A stretch of 64,000 nt of DNA, taken from Limisphaerales bacterium (lineage in GTDB: Bacteria; Verrucomicrobiota; Verrucomicrobiia; Limisphaerales; UBA11358). The notes under the pieces were generated by a model that saw nothing but the letters and a program-made list of their open reading frames with translations, was not told where the DNA came from and did not search any database. A program made the translations under genes and the position numbers. The DNA lies in the NCBI GenBank assembly GCA_003134375.1, contig PLAY01000152.1, positions 3,944 to 67,943 on the forward strand, written 5' to 3'. Shown here piece by piece: positions 9,471-19,206 of the stretch (the stretch's first letter is position 1; each line of letters opens with the position of its first letter).

Positions 9471-10817
9471 TCAAGTTTGCGGCCGGACGCCGGTTCCCCC
9501 GGCTTTCCCCATGGCCGCAGGGACTTCCTCGATTTTGGCGTTTTGTTCGAGGAACGCGAGCACTTTTTCGTGCGCGATTTGGTCGTACAATTCCACCACG
9601 CCGTTGCGCTTCTGCAGGTCCTTGAGGAATTTCTCCAGTGGAATCTGATACGCCATCGCCAGCGACTGCGCCCGTTTCAAAACCTCGTCCTGTGATACCT
9701 GGATGCCTTCCTTCTCGGCGATGCGCTGGATCAGAAACGACAATTTCACGCGGTCCTTCGCGCTCTGTGCTGCGGCGGAATAGATTTCGTCCTTCTGTTT
9801 CTCAATCAAATCGCGCGCCACACCGCGCTGGCTGTTCTCGCGCACGATGTCATAAACCACGTTGCGCGTTTCATGCGCGACGGCGGTTTCCGGCAGGTCA
9901 AAATTCGTGGCGGTGAGCAGCGCGTGGATGATCTGGCCGCGAACCGCCTTGGCCTGTGAATACTTCAATTCATTCTCCAAGTCCCGTTGCACGCCTTCGC
10001 GGAGCTTCGGCAGGTTTTCTGCGTCGTATTTTTCGGCGAACGCGTCGTCAATCGGCGGCAGGGCTTTTTCCTTCACCTCGACGACCTCAACTTCGTAAAC
10101 GCCCTTTTTGCCCGCAAGTTGCTTGGTCACGAAATCGGCGGGAAAATCCACGTTCACCGTGCGCTTGTCGCCCGCCTTGGCGCCGACGATCTGATCGGCA
10201 AAACCAGGAATGAACGAGTCCGACGCGGTGTCCACCCAGAAATTTTTCTGCTCGGTCAAGCCTTTTGCTGTGGGCGCGGTATCGGTGATGGGCTTGCCGT
10301 CGCACGTGCCGGTATAATTCACCACCGCCACGTCGCCCAGGCGCAACTCGCGCGCGACCGTCTCAAATTTCACGTGCTGCTTGGCGAGCAATTCGATGGC
10401 GCGATCCACGTCCGCCGCGGTGACCGATTTCGCCTCGCGTTTGGCCGGCAGGCCTTTGTATTCGGGCAGTTGAAATTCCGGTGCGGTCTCGATGGTGGCG
10501 GCGAATTGCAGCGCCTGGCCGCGGCCAAACTGGATTTCCTCGATGTCCGGATAGCCGATCACGGCGATTTTTTTCTCGTCCAGCGCCTTGCGGTACGAGT
10601 CGCCGATGAGCTTGCGTTTGACCTCAGTCTTGATGTCCGGCTCGTATTTTTTGAGCACCATGGCCCGGGGCGCCTTGCCGGGACGAAAGCCGGGCAGCGA
10701 CGCCTGTTTCTGAAAGTCCTTCGTGACGGCGTCGAAGGCTTCGTCCACGGCCTTCGCGTCCACTTCCACCCGCAGCAATTTTTTGCACGGGGCCAAATTT
10801 TCGACGGTGATGTTCAC
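9471..10817 (-). CDS. tig: trigger factor
   Basis: 448 aa. N-terminal ribosome-binding signature GFRPGKAPRAMV, a central FKBP-like region, and C-terminal arms. Confidence 0.92.
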   Translation of the reverse strand: MNITVENLAPCKKLLRVEVDAKAVDEAFDAVTKDFQKQASLPGFRPGKAPRAMVLKKYEPDIKTEVKRKLIGDSYRKALDEKKIAVIGYPDIEEIQFGRGQALQFAATIETAPEFQLPEYKGLPAKREAKSVTAADVDRAIELLAKQHVKFETVARELRLGDVAVVNYTGTCDGKPITDTAPTAKGLTEQKNFWVDTASDSFIPGFADQIVGAKAGDKRTVNVDFPADFVTKQLAGKKGVYEVEVVEVKEKALPPIDDAFAEKYDAENLPKLREGVQRDLENELKYSQAKAVRGQIIHALLTATNFDLPETAVAHETRNVVYDIVRENSQRGVARDLIEKQKDEIYSAAAQSAKDRVKLSFLIQRIAEKEGIQVSQDEVLKRAQSLAMAYQIPLEKFLKDLQKRNGVVELYDQIAHEKVLAFLEQNAKIEEVPAAMGKAGGTGVRPQT

Positions 10818-10923
10818 AATAATTCCCGCTGGTCAGCGAGCCGCACAGGATAAGTGAACCACGCGGATTTCGTCAATGGTTTTGATGGCTTGCCCACACC
10901 GTTTCCGCTTTTATGTTGCCGGA

Positions 10924-11601
10924 ATGAAGCAAACGACATTCTTCATCACCGGCACGGACACCGGCGTCGGCAAAACCGTGCTGACCGCGCTGCTGGCGCG
11001 GCACTTGCGGGAACGCGGCATCAACGCGGCGGCCCTCAAACCGATTTGTTCCGGCGGACGCGACGACGCCCGCGCGTTGCGCGCCGCCATGAACGCCGCG
11101 CTCGCGTCCGACGAAATCAATCCGTGGCATTTTCGCGCGCCGATTGCGTCTTTGCTCGCCGCCCGCCGCGAACACAGGCAGGTCAGGCTCGCGGACGTGC
11201 TTGCGCATGTCCGCGCGATGCAAAAACGTTTTGATGTGGTGTTGGTTGAAGGCGCCGGCGGCCTGTTGAGTCCGCTCGGTGGGAATTTTGACTCACGCGA
11301 TTTGATTGCGGCCCTGCATGCGACGCCAATGGTTGTTTGCCCAAACCGGCTCGGTGCGGTGAATCAAGTTTTGCTGACACTTGCCGCGTTGCCGCGAAGC
11401 GCGTCTTGCCGGGCGCGCGTCGTGTTAATGTCGCCGGCAAAGCCGGACGCTGCAACAAACACAAATGTCGGCTTGCTCGCGGAATTTTTCGACGCAAAAA
11501 GGATTTTTGAATTGCCGTGGCTGGGCCGGCGACCGGCCACGGGAAAGGCTTTGAAAGATTCGCGGGTGCGGCGAATACTCTGTGCGTTGACGAAAGCGTG
11601 A
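10924..11601 (+). CDS. bioD: dethiobiotin synthase
   Basis: Start at ATG 10924 (MKQTTFFITGTDTGVGKT P-loop). Contains ALKPICSG and VLVEGAGGLLSPL. Confidence 0.85.
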   Translation: MKQTTFFITGTDTGVGKTVLTALLARHLRERGINAAALKPICSGGRDDARALRAAMNAALASDEINPWHFRAPIASLLAARREHRQVRLADVLAHVRAMQKRFDVVLVEGAGGLLSPLGGNFDSRDLIAALHATPMVVCPNRLGAVNQVLLTLAALPRSASCRARVVLMSPAKPDAATNTNVGLLAEFFDAKRIFELPWLGRRPATGKALKDSRVRRILCALTKA

Positions 11602-11602
11602 C

Positions 11603-13654
11603 TCAGTTTTTCAGAATTTTCTTTGGCGGCGGGTTGGTGGCCAGGAACGATTCGCGCCACGGCTGGTGGTTTTTATAAAGCTCCAATCGTTGTTGCAAAG
11701 GCTCGAGTTTTTTCATTTGGGCGGCGATGGCGAGGTCAAGCGCCCTTTGCGTCACTTCCAGCGCGTTGGTGAAATCGCCGGTCTCGGCGCAGGCCATGCC
11801 CAACGCGTCGAGCACGTATGGTTGCGTTTCGCCGGTCAGAAGTTTGGCCTTGATGGCGAGCACGAGCGCGGTCCGGCCGTCGCGAATTTGAGGATTTTCG
11901 TCGGCGGCCAGCACGTGGGCGGTGTAGGCGAGAATTTGAAAATTGTCTGGGTCAATCCGCAGCGCTTCACGAAACTCATCAATCGCCTCGGCATCGCGGC
12001 CTTGTTTGAGACGCAGCTTGCCGATTTCGAGGTGCGCCCACGGATAAGTGGGATCGAGCCGTGCGGCTTCTTTGAATTGGGTCATGGCTTCGTCAAAACG
12101 TCCGAGTTCGGCCAGAACCATGCCAGCGCTGTTATGCAAATAGGGCAGGCTGGGCTTTAAAAGCACGGCCCAGCGATATTCGACGAGCGCTTCATTGGGA
12201 TGGCCCAAATTGTTGAGCAGATTGCCGAGATTGTTGTGAATCTCATAAAGTTCCGGGGCCAGTTGTTCGGCGGCGCGGTATTCGGCGAGCGCCTCGTTTA
12301 ATTCGCCTTTCTGTTCCAGCGTGACGCCCAGGTTGGTGTGCGCGACATGATTGTTTTTTGTAACCGCGAGCGCATGAGCAAAGAGCGTTTCGCTGTCGTG
12401 CCAGTAACGCAACTGGTTTTCGGTAAGAATCAAACAGATCGCGAGGATCAAAACGGCTGCGGTTGCGATTACCTTTTGGGGGAATTGAAAACGATCCGCC
12501 AGGCCGCAAATGCCGAATGTGATGGCGATGAAGATGCCGATGAGGGGAAAATAAGTGAAACGATCCGCCATCGCCGCGCCGCCGACCTGCACCAACCCGA
12601 TGACTGGCACCAGGGTGACCAAAAACCAGAGCCAGCCGACTAGCAGGTAAGGACATTGCCGGCGCGTCCGCCAGATGAGCCAGGAAAGGATGCCCAGCAC
12701 GGCCGCCGCCGTTGGCACCATGGGCCGTATCCATGACAAATGATTGGGTAACGGGTAGAAGACGGCCAGGGGCCAGGGCCAGATCATTTTGGCCAGATAC
12801 TGCTCATAAGAAATCAGCGCGTTAGCAAGCCGCAGATTTAGGGGGTATTCTTGGAGGGTTATGACCGCCTCGATGTGCGCGACAAAAGTCACCACGCACG
12901 AACCCGCGGCGAGCAGGAAGAACGGCCATTTTTCCAGCGCCAAGCGGAGGACCTTCGACACCGGCCACGGGTCACTGGTCATCCGCTGCAACGGCCAGTA
13001 ATCCAGCAGCAGCATCACAAACGGGAGGGTCACCAGCATCGGTTTGGCCATGAGGCCGAGCGCAAAGAAAAACAGGGCCAGGGTGTAGTTGAAAGTCCAG
13101 AGTCGAGAGTCGAGAGCCGGAACAAACGTATCTGCCCTCGACGCTCGACGCTCGACCCTCGACTTTTTTAACGCATATCGCGTGTAGGCCAGCAGCGTCA
13201 GCAGCGCGAAGAATGTGCTCAACACGTCCTTGCGCTCGGCAATCCAGGCGACGGATTCCACGTGCAACGGATGCCACGCAAACAACGCGGCGATGAACGC
13301 GGCCGGCCACAATTCACCCGTGAGCCGGAGCAGCAGGAGGAAAAGCAAAACCACATTCGCCGTGTGAAACAGGACGTTGACGAGATGGTGCGCCCCGGGG
13401 TTGAGGGCGAAGAGTTCGCAGTCCACCATGTGCGAGAGCCACGTCAGAGGATGCCAATAGCTGGCGTGGCCGTTGGTGAAGACGGTCGTGAAGGCCCATT
13501 TGATGCCCGTCCAGGTCAGCCCTTTTTGCACGACGGAATTTTCCGTGATGTAATCCCGATCGTCGTAATTGACAAAACCGTCGCGCACCGCCGGCAGATA
13601 GACCAACAGCGTGATGAGCGCAAGCAACAGACCCATGAAACGCGGACGAAACAT
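11603..13654 (-). CDS. GT-C-fold (PMT/TMTC-like) polytopic membrane glycosyltransferase fused to C-terminal TPR repeats, paralog 1
   Basis: Start chosen at ATG 13654 (MFRPRFMGLLLALITLLVYLP). First-loop acidic motif is FVNYDDRDYITEN. It has more than 10 hydrophobic segments and about 7 TPR units at the C-terminus (AEYRAAEQLAPE..., AMTQFKEAARLDPTY...). Confidence 0.75.
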   Translation of the reverse strand: MFRPRFMGLLLALITLLVYLPAVRDGFVNYDDRDYITENSVVQKGLTWTGIKWAFTTVFTNGHASYWHPLTWLSHMVDCELFALNPGAHHLVNVLFHTANVVLLFLLLLRLTGELWPAAFIAALFAWHPLHVESVAWIAERKDVLSTFFALLTLLAYTRYALKKSRVERRASRADTFVPALDSRLWTFNYTLALFFFALGLMAKPMLVTLPFVMLLLDYWPLQRMTSDPWPVSKVLRLALEKWPFFLLAAGSCVVTFVAHIEAVITLQEYPLNLRLANALISYEQYLAKMIWPWPLAVFYPLPNHLSWIRPMVPTAAAVLGILSWLIWRTRRQCPYLLVGWLWFLVTLVPVIGLVQVGGAAMADRFTYFPLIGIFIAITFGICGLADRFQFPQKVIATAAVLILAICLILTENQLRYWHDSETLFAHALAVTKNNHVAHTNLGVTLEQKGELNEALAEYRAAEQLAPELYEIHNNLGNLLNNLGHPNEALVEYRWAVLLKPSLPYLHNSAGMVLAELGRFDEAMTQFKEAARLDPTYPWAHLEIGKLRLKQGRDAEAIDEFREALRIDPDNFQILAYTAHVLAADENPQIRDGRTALVLAIKAKLLTGETQPYVLDALGMACAETGDFTNALEVTQRALDLAIAAQMKKLEPLQQRLELYKNHQPWRESFLATNPPPKKILKN
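13100..13163. repeat. heptamer-based hairpin element in-frame inside paralog 1
   Basis: Sequence gagtcgagagtcgagagccgg-aacaaacgtatctgc-cctcgacgctcgacgctcgaccctcgac. The gtcgag units face ctcgac units. Translated on the minus strand as KKSRVERRASRADTFVPALDSRLW. Confidence 0.7.
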
Positions 13655-13734
13655 CGGGTTTCTTAATAAACGATTTTTCCCGCGCGGCAAGAACGGAAAT
13701 GGAAACCGGTTCCGGATGGGAAACGTCCGCTCAA

Positions 13735-15840
13735 TCAGCGCGGTCCAATTTGAGGAAATGTTTCCAACGCCGGGTTGGTGGCCTGGAACGATTCGCGCCA
13801 CGGCTGGTGGTTTTTATAAAGCTCCAATCGTTGTTGCAAAGGCTCGAGTTTTTTCATTTGGGCGGTGGTGGCGAGGTCAAGCGCCCTTTGCGTCACTTCC
13901 AGCGCGTTGGTGAAATCGCCGGTCTCGGCGCAGGCCATGCCGAGCGCGTCGAGCACGTACGGTTGCGCGCCGTCGGTCAGGACTTTGGCCTTGACGGCGA
14001 GCACGAGCGCGGTCCGGCCGTCGCGGATTTGAGGATTTTCGTCGGCGGCCAGCACGTGGGCGGTGTAGGCGAGAATTTGAAAATTGTTTGGGTCAATCCG
14101 CAGCGCTTCACGAAACTCATCAATCGCCCCGGCATCGCGGCCTTGTTTGAGACGCAGTTTGCCGATTTCGAGGTGCGCCCACGGATAAGTGGGATCGAGC
14201 CGCGCGGCTTCATTGAACTGGCTCAGGGCTTCGTCGAAGCGTCCGAGTTCGGCCAGAACCATGCCGGCGCCGTTATGCAAAGTGGGCAGGCTGGGCTTCA
14301 AAAGCACGGCCCAGCGATATTCGATGAGCGCTTCATTGGGGTGGCCCAAATTGTCGAGCAGATTGCCGAGATTATAGTGAATGTGAAAGAGTTCCGGCGC
14401 CAGTTGTTCGGCGGCGCGGTATTCGGCGAGCGCCTCGTTTAATTCGCCTTTTTCTTCAAGCGCGACGCCCAGGTCGACGTGCGCGACATGATTGTTTTTT
14501 GTCACCGCGAGCGCATGCGTAAAGAGCGTTTCGCTGTCGCGCCAGTAACGCAGCTGGTTTTCGGTAAGAATCAAACAGGTCGCGAGGATCAAAACGGCTG
14601 CAGTTGCGATTGCCTTTTTGGGGAATTGAAAACGATCCGCCAGGCCGCAAATGCCGAAGGTGACGGCGATGAACACGCCGATTGATGGAATGTAAGTGTA
14701 ACGATCGGCCAATGCCGCGCTGCCCACCTGCACCAACCCGATGACGGGCACGAGCGTTCCCAAAAACCACAGCCAGCCAACGGGTAAATACGCATGCACC
14801 CGTCCGGCCCGCCAGACAAAAATTGAAATGATGACCAGCACGACTGCCGATGCCGTCGCGGCCATCAATAGCCAGGTCAAATGGTCCGGCAGCGGATAAA
14901 AAACCGCGAGCCCCACCGGCCAGACCATTTTCAGCAAATAAAGCCCGTAAGATACCGATGCGTTACAAAACCGATAATACAGCGGAACGAGTTCGAGGGA
15001 GGCGACCGCGTCGCCGCTTCGTTGAGACTGGACCAGAAAAGTGACGACGCAGGAAACGGTCGCGAGCAGGAAGAACGGCCATTTCTCCCAAGCCAGGCGC
15101 TGGCAGGTTGAAAGTTGAGGATTGAGGGTTGAAAGCCGTTGCAGCGGCCAGTAATCGAGCAACAACATCACAAACGGGAGGGTGACCAGCATCGGTTTGG
15201 ACATGAGGCCGAGCGCAAAGAAAAACAAGGCCAGGGTGTAGTCGAAAGTCCAGAGTCGAGAGTCGAGAGCCGGAACAAACGTATCTGCCCTCGACGCTCG
15301 ACGCTCGACCCTCGACTTTTTTAACGCATATCGCGTGTAGGCCAGCAGCGTCAGCAGCGCGAAAAACATGCTCAACACATCCTTGCGTTCGGAAATCCAG
15401 GCAACGGATTCCACGTGGAGCGGATGCCAGGCGAACAGCGCGGCCACAAACGCACTGGGCCACAATCCGCCCGTCAATCGCAACATCAACAGGAACAGCA
15501 ACACCACGTTCGCCGTGTGAAACAGCACGTTGGTGGAATGACACACGCTGGCATTAAGGTTGGATGTCTCGTAACCGAAGAAGGAAAGCCAGAAATCGAT
15601 TTTTTGCGAAAGGGTGAAATCGGTCATAAACGATAACCATGTGAGCGGATGCCAGTTGCTCGCGTGGCCGGTGGTGATGGCCCATTTGATTCCCGTCCAC
15701 GTCAGGCCTTTTTGTACGAAGGAATTTTCCGTGACATAATCCTGATCGTCGTAACTCACAAAACCGTCGCGCGCCGCCGGCAAATAAGCCAGCAGCGTGA
15801 TAAGGGCGAGCAACAGGCCAATGAGCCGCGGACGAGACAT
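13735..15840 (-). CDS. GT-C-fold (PMT/TMTC-like) membrane glycosyltransferase fused to TPR repeats, paralog 2
   Basis: 701 aa with the same architecture (FVSYDDQDYVTEN). Long stretches are nearly identical at the nucleotide level to paralog 1. Confidence 0.75.
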   Translation of the reverse strand: MSRPRLIGLLLALITLLAYLPAARDGFVSYDDQDYVTENSFVQKGLTWTGIKWAITTGHASNWHPLTWLSFMTDFTLSQKIDFWLSFFGYETSNLNASVCHSTNVLFHTANVVLLFLLMLRLTGGLWPSAFVAALFAWHPLHVESVAWISERKDVLSMFFALLTLLAYTRYALKKSRVERRASRADTFVPALDSRLWTFDYTLALFFFALGLMSKPMLVTLPFVMLLLDYWPLQRLSTLNPQLSTCQRLAWEKWPFFLLATVSCVVTFLVQSQRSGDAVASLELVPLYYRFCNASVSYGLYLLKMVWPVGLAVFYPLPDHLTWLLMAATASAVVLVIISIFVWRAGRVHAYLPVGWLWFLGTLVPVIGLVQVGSAALADRYTYIPSIGVFIAVTFGICGLADRFQFPKKAIATAAVLILATCLILTENQLRYWRDSETLFTHALAVTKNNHVAHVDLGVALEEKGELNEALAEYRAAEQLAPELFHIHYNLGNLLDNLGHPNEALIEYRWAVLLKPSLPTLHNGAGMVLAELGRFDEALSQFNEAARLDPTYPWAHLEIGKLRLKQGRDAGAIDEFREALRIDPNNFQILAYTAHVLAADENPQIRDGRTALVLAVKAKVLTDGAQPYVLDALGMACAETGDFTNALEVTQRALDLATTAQMKKLEPLQQRLELYKNHQPWRESFQATNPALETFPQIGPR
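15253..15316. repeat. same heptamer hairpin element, in-frame inside paralog 2
   Basis: Identical 64-nt sequence to 13100-13163, at the homologous position. Confidence 0.7.
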
Positions 15841-16018
15841 CGGGTTCTTTGTATGCGATTTTGCCCGGGGAGCAAGCGCGGAGGCAAAATTTATTTTTCA
15901 GCAAAAAAGACATTGCTTTTTTCCGGGCGCAGGGTAGAAATTCTCCAGGCAGGAAATTGCTCGACCCCCTGCCGCTTGGACGCTACATCGGTTCCTCACG
16001 ACCAAGTAAAGTCGTTTT

Positions 16019-16744
16019 ATGAGCGGATTATCGTTTGCTGTCGTGGGAGCCGCTTCCAATCAAGCGGAACTCGTTTACATTTGGACACAGGCAACGCCGG
16101 AAGCCAAGGCGATCATTGTCTGTCTCATTCTATTTTCCATCCTCGCGTGGTCGGTAATGGTCTCCAAGGCCATCCAGGTCCGGCGCGCCCGCCGGTTGAA
16201 CCATTATTTCAACGAGGAATTCCGCGCGCAAAAATCCGTGCTCGAACTTTTTGACCGCAAATTGCACGTCGAAGGCTGTCCGCTTTATGAGGTTTATCAG
16301 GCCGGCTGCGTGCAGCTCGACGCGCGGCTGCGCGGGCCGGGCGGCGAACGCAGCAAACAGCAGGTCACGCTCAAAAACATGGAGCATGTCAAACGGGCGC
16401 TCGAAAACATCGTGGCGCAGGAATCCTTGAAACTGGAATCCGGTTTGATCCTGCTCGCGATTGCGGTCAGCGGCGCGCCGTTCATGGGTTTGCTCGGCAC
16501 GGTTTGGGGCGTGATGAGCACGTTTGCCGGCATCGCGCAGCAAGGCGCGGCGACGATGGCGGCGATGGCGCCCGGCGTCTCGGCGGCGCTCATCACGACG
16601 GTCGCCGGACTGCTGGTGGCAATTCCCTCGATGTTCGGTTACAATTGGCTTGTGCATAATCTGCGCGTGTTCACGGTCGGCCTGGATAATTTCGCGCAGG
16701 AACTCGTTTCCAAAATGGAAACGGAATTTTTGGCGGACGAATAA
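16019..16744 (+). CDS. tolQ: MotA/TolQ/ExbB proton-channel protein
   Basis: 241 aa, 3 TM, conserved C-terminal half (FMGLLGTVWGVMSTF...APGVSAALITTVAGLLVAIP). First gene of a tolQRAB-pal arrangement. Confidence 0.85.
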   Translation: MSGLSFAVVGAASNQAELVYIWTQATPEAKAIIVCLILFSILAWSVMVSKAIQVRRARRLNHYFNEEFRAQKSVLELFDRKLHVEGCPLYEVYQAGCVQLDARLRGPGGERSKQQVTLKNMEHVKRALENIVAQESLKLESGLILLAIAVSGAPFMGLLGTVWGVMSTFAGIAQQGAATMAAMAPGVSAALITTVAGLLVAIPSMFGYNWLVHNLRVFTVGLDNFAQELVSKMETEFLADE

Positions 16745-16755
16745 TTTTTACAGCC

Positions 16756-17169
16756 ATGCGCAGGTTTTCCCAACGCAGTTACCTCGTGACATTGAGTGAA
16801 ATCAACATCACGCCGCTGCTCGACCTCGCGTTCGTGCTGCTCATCATCTTCGTCATCACCACGCCGCTGCTGGAACAGAGCATCAATTTGAAACTGCCGC
16901 GCGGCGGTCAGCCGGACAAGACGTTGAACAAGTCCAACATCCACACCGTCGAAATCTCCAACACCGGCTATTACAAGCTTGATCGAAAAGCGATGCAACT
17001 GCCGCAGTTGATTTCGCAGCTCGCTGGCGAATTCCGCTCGAACCCGAACCTCATCGTTTATATTCGCGCCGATCAGGACGGGCCTTACAAAAACGTTGCG
17101 ACGTTGATTGATGGCTGCCAGCGCAGCGGCATCACGCGTTATTCTCTGCGCACCGAACCGACCCGATGA
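16756..17169 (+). CDS. tolR: ExbD/TolR biopolymer transport protein
   Basis: 137 aa. Contains EINITPLLDLAFVLLIIF and a periplasmic domain. Confidence 0.85.
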   Translation: MRRFSQRSYLVTLSEINITPLLDLAFVLLIIFVITTPLLEQSINLKLPRGGQPDKTLNKSNIHTVEISNTGYYKLDRKAMQLPQLISQLAGEFRSNPNLIVYIRADQDGPYKNVATLIDGCQRSGITRYSLRTEPTR

Positions 17170-17981
17170 ACCGTTTGCAAAAAAAATGCGTCATGGCGAC
17201 CGCGGGCGTTCACCTGCTGCTGCTCGTGATTTTATTCGTTGGCCCGGCGTTTTTTTATTCGAGGCCGAAGGCGGACGACTTGCAGGTGCTCGATGTGATT
17301 CCGGCCCATTTGATTGACGCGGCGTTCAACAGCGGCGTGGCCAATGCCCAGCCCCCGCCACCCGCGCCAGCTGCTCCGCCGCAACCACTCCCACCCGTGC
17401 CCGTGGTCACGCCGCCCCCGCCGACGCCGGAGAAAATTGTAAAAGCCGAGCCGGTCAAACCCCCGGACAAACTGTCGCCCGACAATTTGGAACCAGTTAA
17501 AACAGCCAAAACCGAGCCACGCAAAATTCAAATCAGCACGCAGCTCATGACGCGCACCGCGCCGAAAGAGGCTCCGATGTCCGACAATTCACAGCAGCGG
17601 CAGGCCCGGGCGATCCGAAGCGCGCTTCGGAATCTGAAAAGCAATTTGGCCTCGGCCACGACGGTGGACATGCCTGGCAACAGCAGCGTGGCCTATGCGA
17701 ATTATGCCACCGTGGTGAAGAGTGTTTACGAGCAGGCATGGATCTTGCCCAATGATGTCGCCGACAACGCGAACACGAAAGTAAGCGTTACCATTGCCAA
17801 CGATGGCACAGTTATTTCCGCGCGGATCATCACCCCATCAGGCGATGCCGGGCTGGACGCCTCGGTCCAGCGCACCTTGGAACGCGTCAAATTCATTGCG
17901 CCGTTCCCGGAAGGTGCGACGGAAAAAGAACGGACTTACACCATTAACTTTAACCCCCAGGTCAAACGATTACTCGGATGA
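17166..17981 (+). CDS. tolA: TolA/TonB-like energy-transducer protein
   Basis: N-terminal TM (GVHLLLLVILFVGPAFF), a proline-rich spacer (PPPPAPAAPPQPLPPVPVVTPPPPTPE), and a TonB_C-like C-terminal domain. Its start overlaps the tolR stop. Confidence 0.7.
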   Translation: MNRLQKKCVMATAGVHLLLLVILFVGPAFFYSRPKADDLQVLDVIPAHLIDAAFNSGVANAQPPPPAPAAPPQPLPPVPVVTPPPPTPEKIVKAEPVKPPDKLSPDNLEPVKTAKTEPRKIQISTQLMTRTAPKEAPMSDNSQQRQARAIRSALRNLKSNLASATTVDMPGNSSVAYANYATVVKSVYEQAWILPNDVADNANTKVSVTIANDGTVISARIITPSGDAGLDASVQRTLERVKFIAPFPEGATEKERTYTINFNPQVKRLLG

Positions 17982-19159
17982 AAAAACATTACTCTCCCCT
18001 GCTGAAAATTTGCCTCGCAATTTTTCTTTTTGCCGCCACCGGCGCACCCGGCCAGAACGAAATAACCATTCGGCCGGAGCTTACCGTTTTGGGTTCGACC
18101 AAGCCGATACCCGTTTCGCTTGATGGGTTCAGCGGCGAAGTCGCTGACGTTTTGAAATTCGACCTTTACGTCCAGGGCTTTTCTTTTGTCGCGCCCGATG
18201 CCGCGCAGTATCAAATCAGCGGCACTGCCGCGGGCAGCGTGCAGGGGCGCGTTGTGGATCGCATCGCCAAAAGCACGATTCTTTCGCACAGTTACACCGG
18301 CGCATCGTTGCGGCGGCAGGCGCACACGTTCGCCGACGACATCGTGCAGGCCATCACGCACAAGAAGGGCATCGCGCAGACCCAAATCGCCTTCAAGGCC
18401 CAATCCACCAGCACGGGCAACGGCGAAATTTACGTGGCCGATTTTGACGGCCACAATGCGCAATCCATCACGCACGACGATACCATCGTTGCCGCGCCGG
18501 CCTGGGTGCCGGGCCGGCTGGCGGTTTATTACACATCGTATAAACGCGGCAACCCGGACATTTTTTATCACAACCTCGGCACCGGCCAGCGCCGTGTCAT
18601 CGCGGGCTATTCCGGTTTGAACACCAGCGCGGCGGTTTCGCCGGACGGCTCGAAGGTGGCGATGATTTTGAGCCGGAGCGGCAGTCCGAATGTTTGGGTC
18701 TGCAATGCTGACGGCACGGATTTGAAACGATTGACGACGAGCAGCGAGGATTCGTCGCCATGCTGGTCGCCGGACGGACAATGGATTTGTTTCGCGACGA
18801 AAATCGCCGAACGGCGCGTGCTGGCGAAAGTGCCGGCGGGCGGCGGGGCGATGCAGCCGATTCCAACTCCCGGCGCGCCGAACCCGACCGAACCCGACTG
18901 GTCGCCCGATGGCAAGTGGATCGCATTCACGTCGCAGACGGCCGAGTTTGACATTTGCGTCGTGCCCGCCAGCGGCGGCGCGCCCACGGTGCTCGTGGCG
19001 GGCGAAGACCCATCGTGGTCGCCGAATTCGCGGACGCTGATTTTCACGCGGCGGTCGGTCGGTCGCTACACGTTATCTGTGCTTGACGTGTTCACGAAAC
19101 AAGTCAAGGATGTTGCCCGGATTTCAAGCAGCGATTCTCAACCGGCTTGGGCGAGATAA
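17978..19159 (+). CDS. tolB: TolB beta-propeller periplasmic protein
   Basis: Signal peptide, an N-terminal TolB domain, and repeated PAWVP/VSPDGSK/WSPDGQW/WSPDGKW/PSWSPN propeller blades. Confidence 0.85.
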   Translation: MKKHYSPLLKICLAIFLFAATGAPGQNEITIRPELTVLGSTKPIPVSLDGFSGEVADVLKFDLYVQGFSFVAPDAAQYQISGTAAGSVQGRVVDRIAKSTILSHSYTGASLRRQAHTFADDIVQAITHKKGIAQTQIAFKAQSTSTGNGEIYVADFDGHNAQSITHDDTIVAAPAWVPGRLAVYYTSYKRGNPDIFYHNLGTGQRRVIAGYSGLNTSAAVSPDGSKVAMILSRSGSPNVWVCNADGTDLKRLTTSSEDSSPCWSPDGQWICFATKIAERRVLAKVPAGGGAMQPIPTPGAPNPTEPDWSPDGKWIAFTSQTAEFDICVVPASGGAPTVLVAGEDPSWSPNSRTLIFTRRSVGRYTLSVLDVFTKQVKDVARISSSDSQPAWAR

Positions 19160-19206
19160 CTTAAACTTTTTTAATGAACTTTTAACTGAAGGAAAAAGGA
19201 AAAAAT

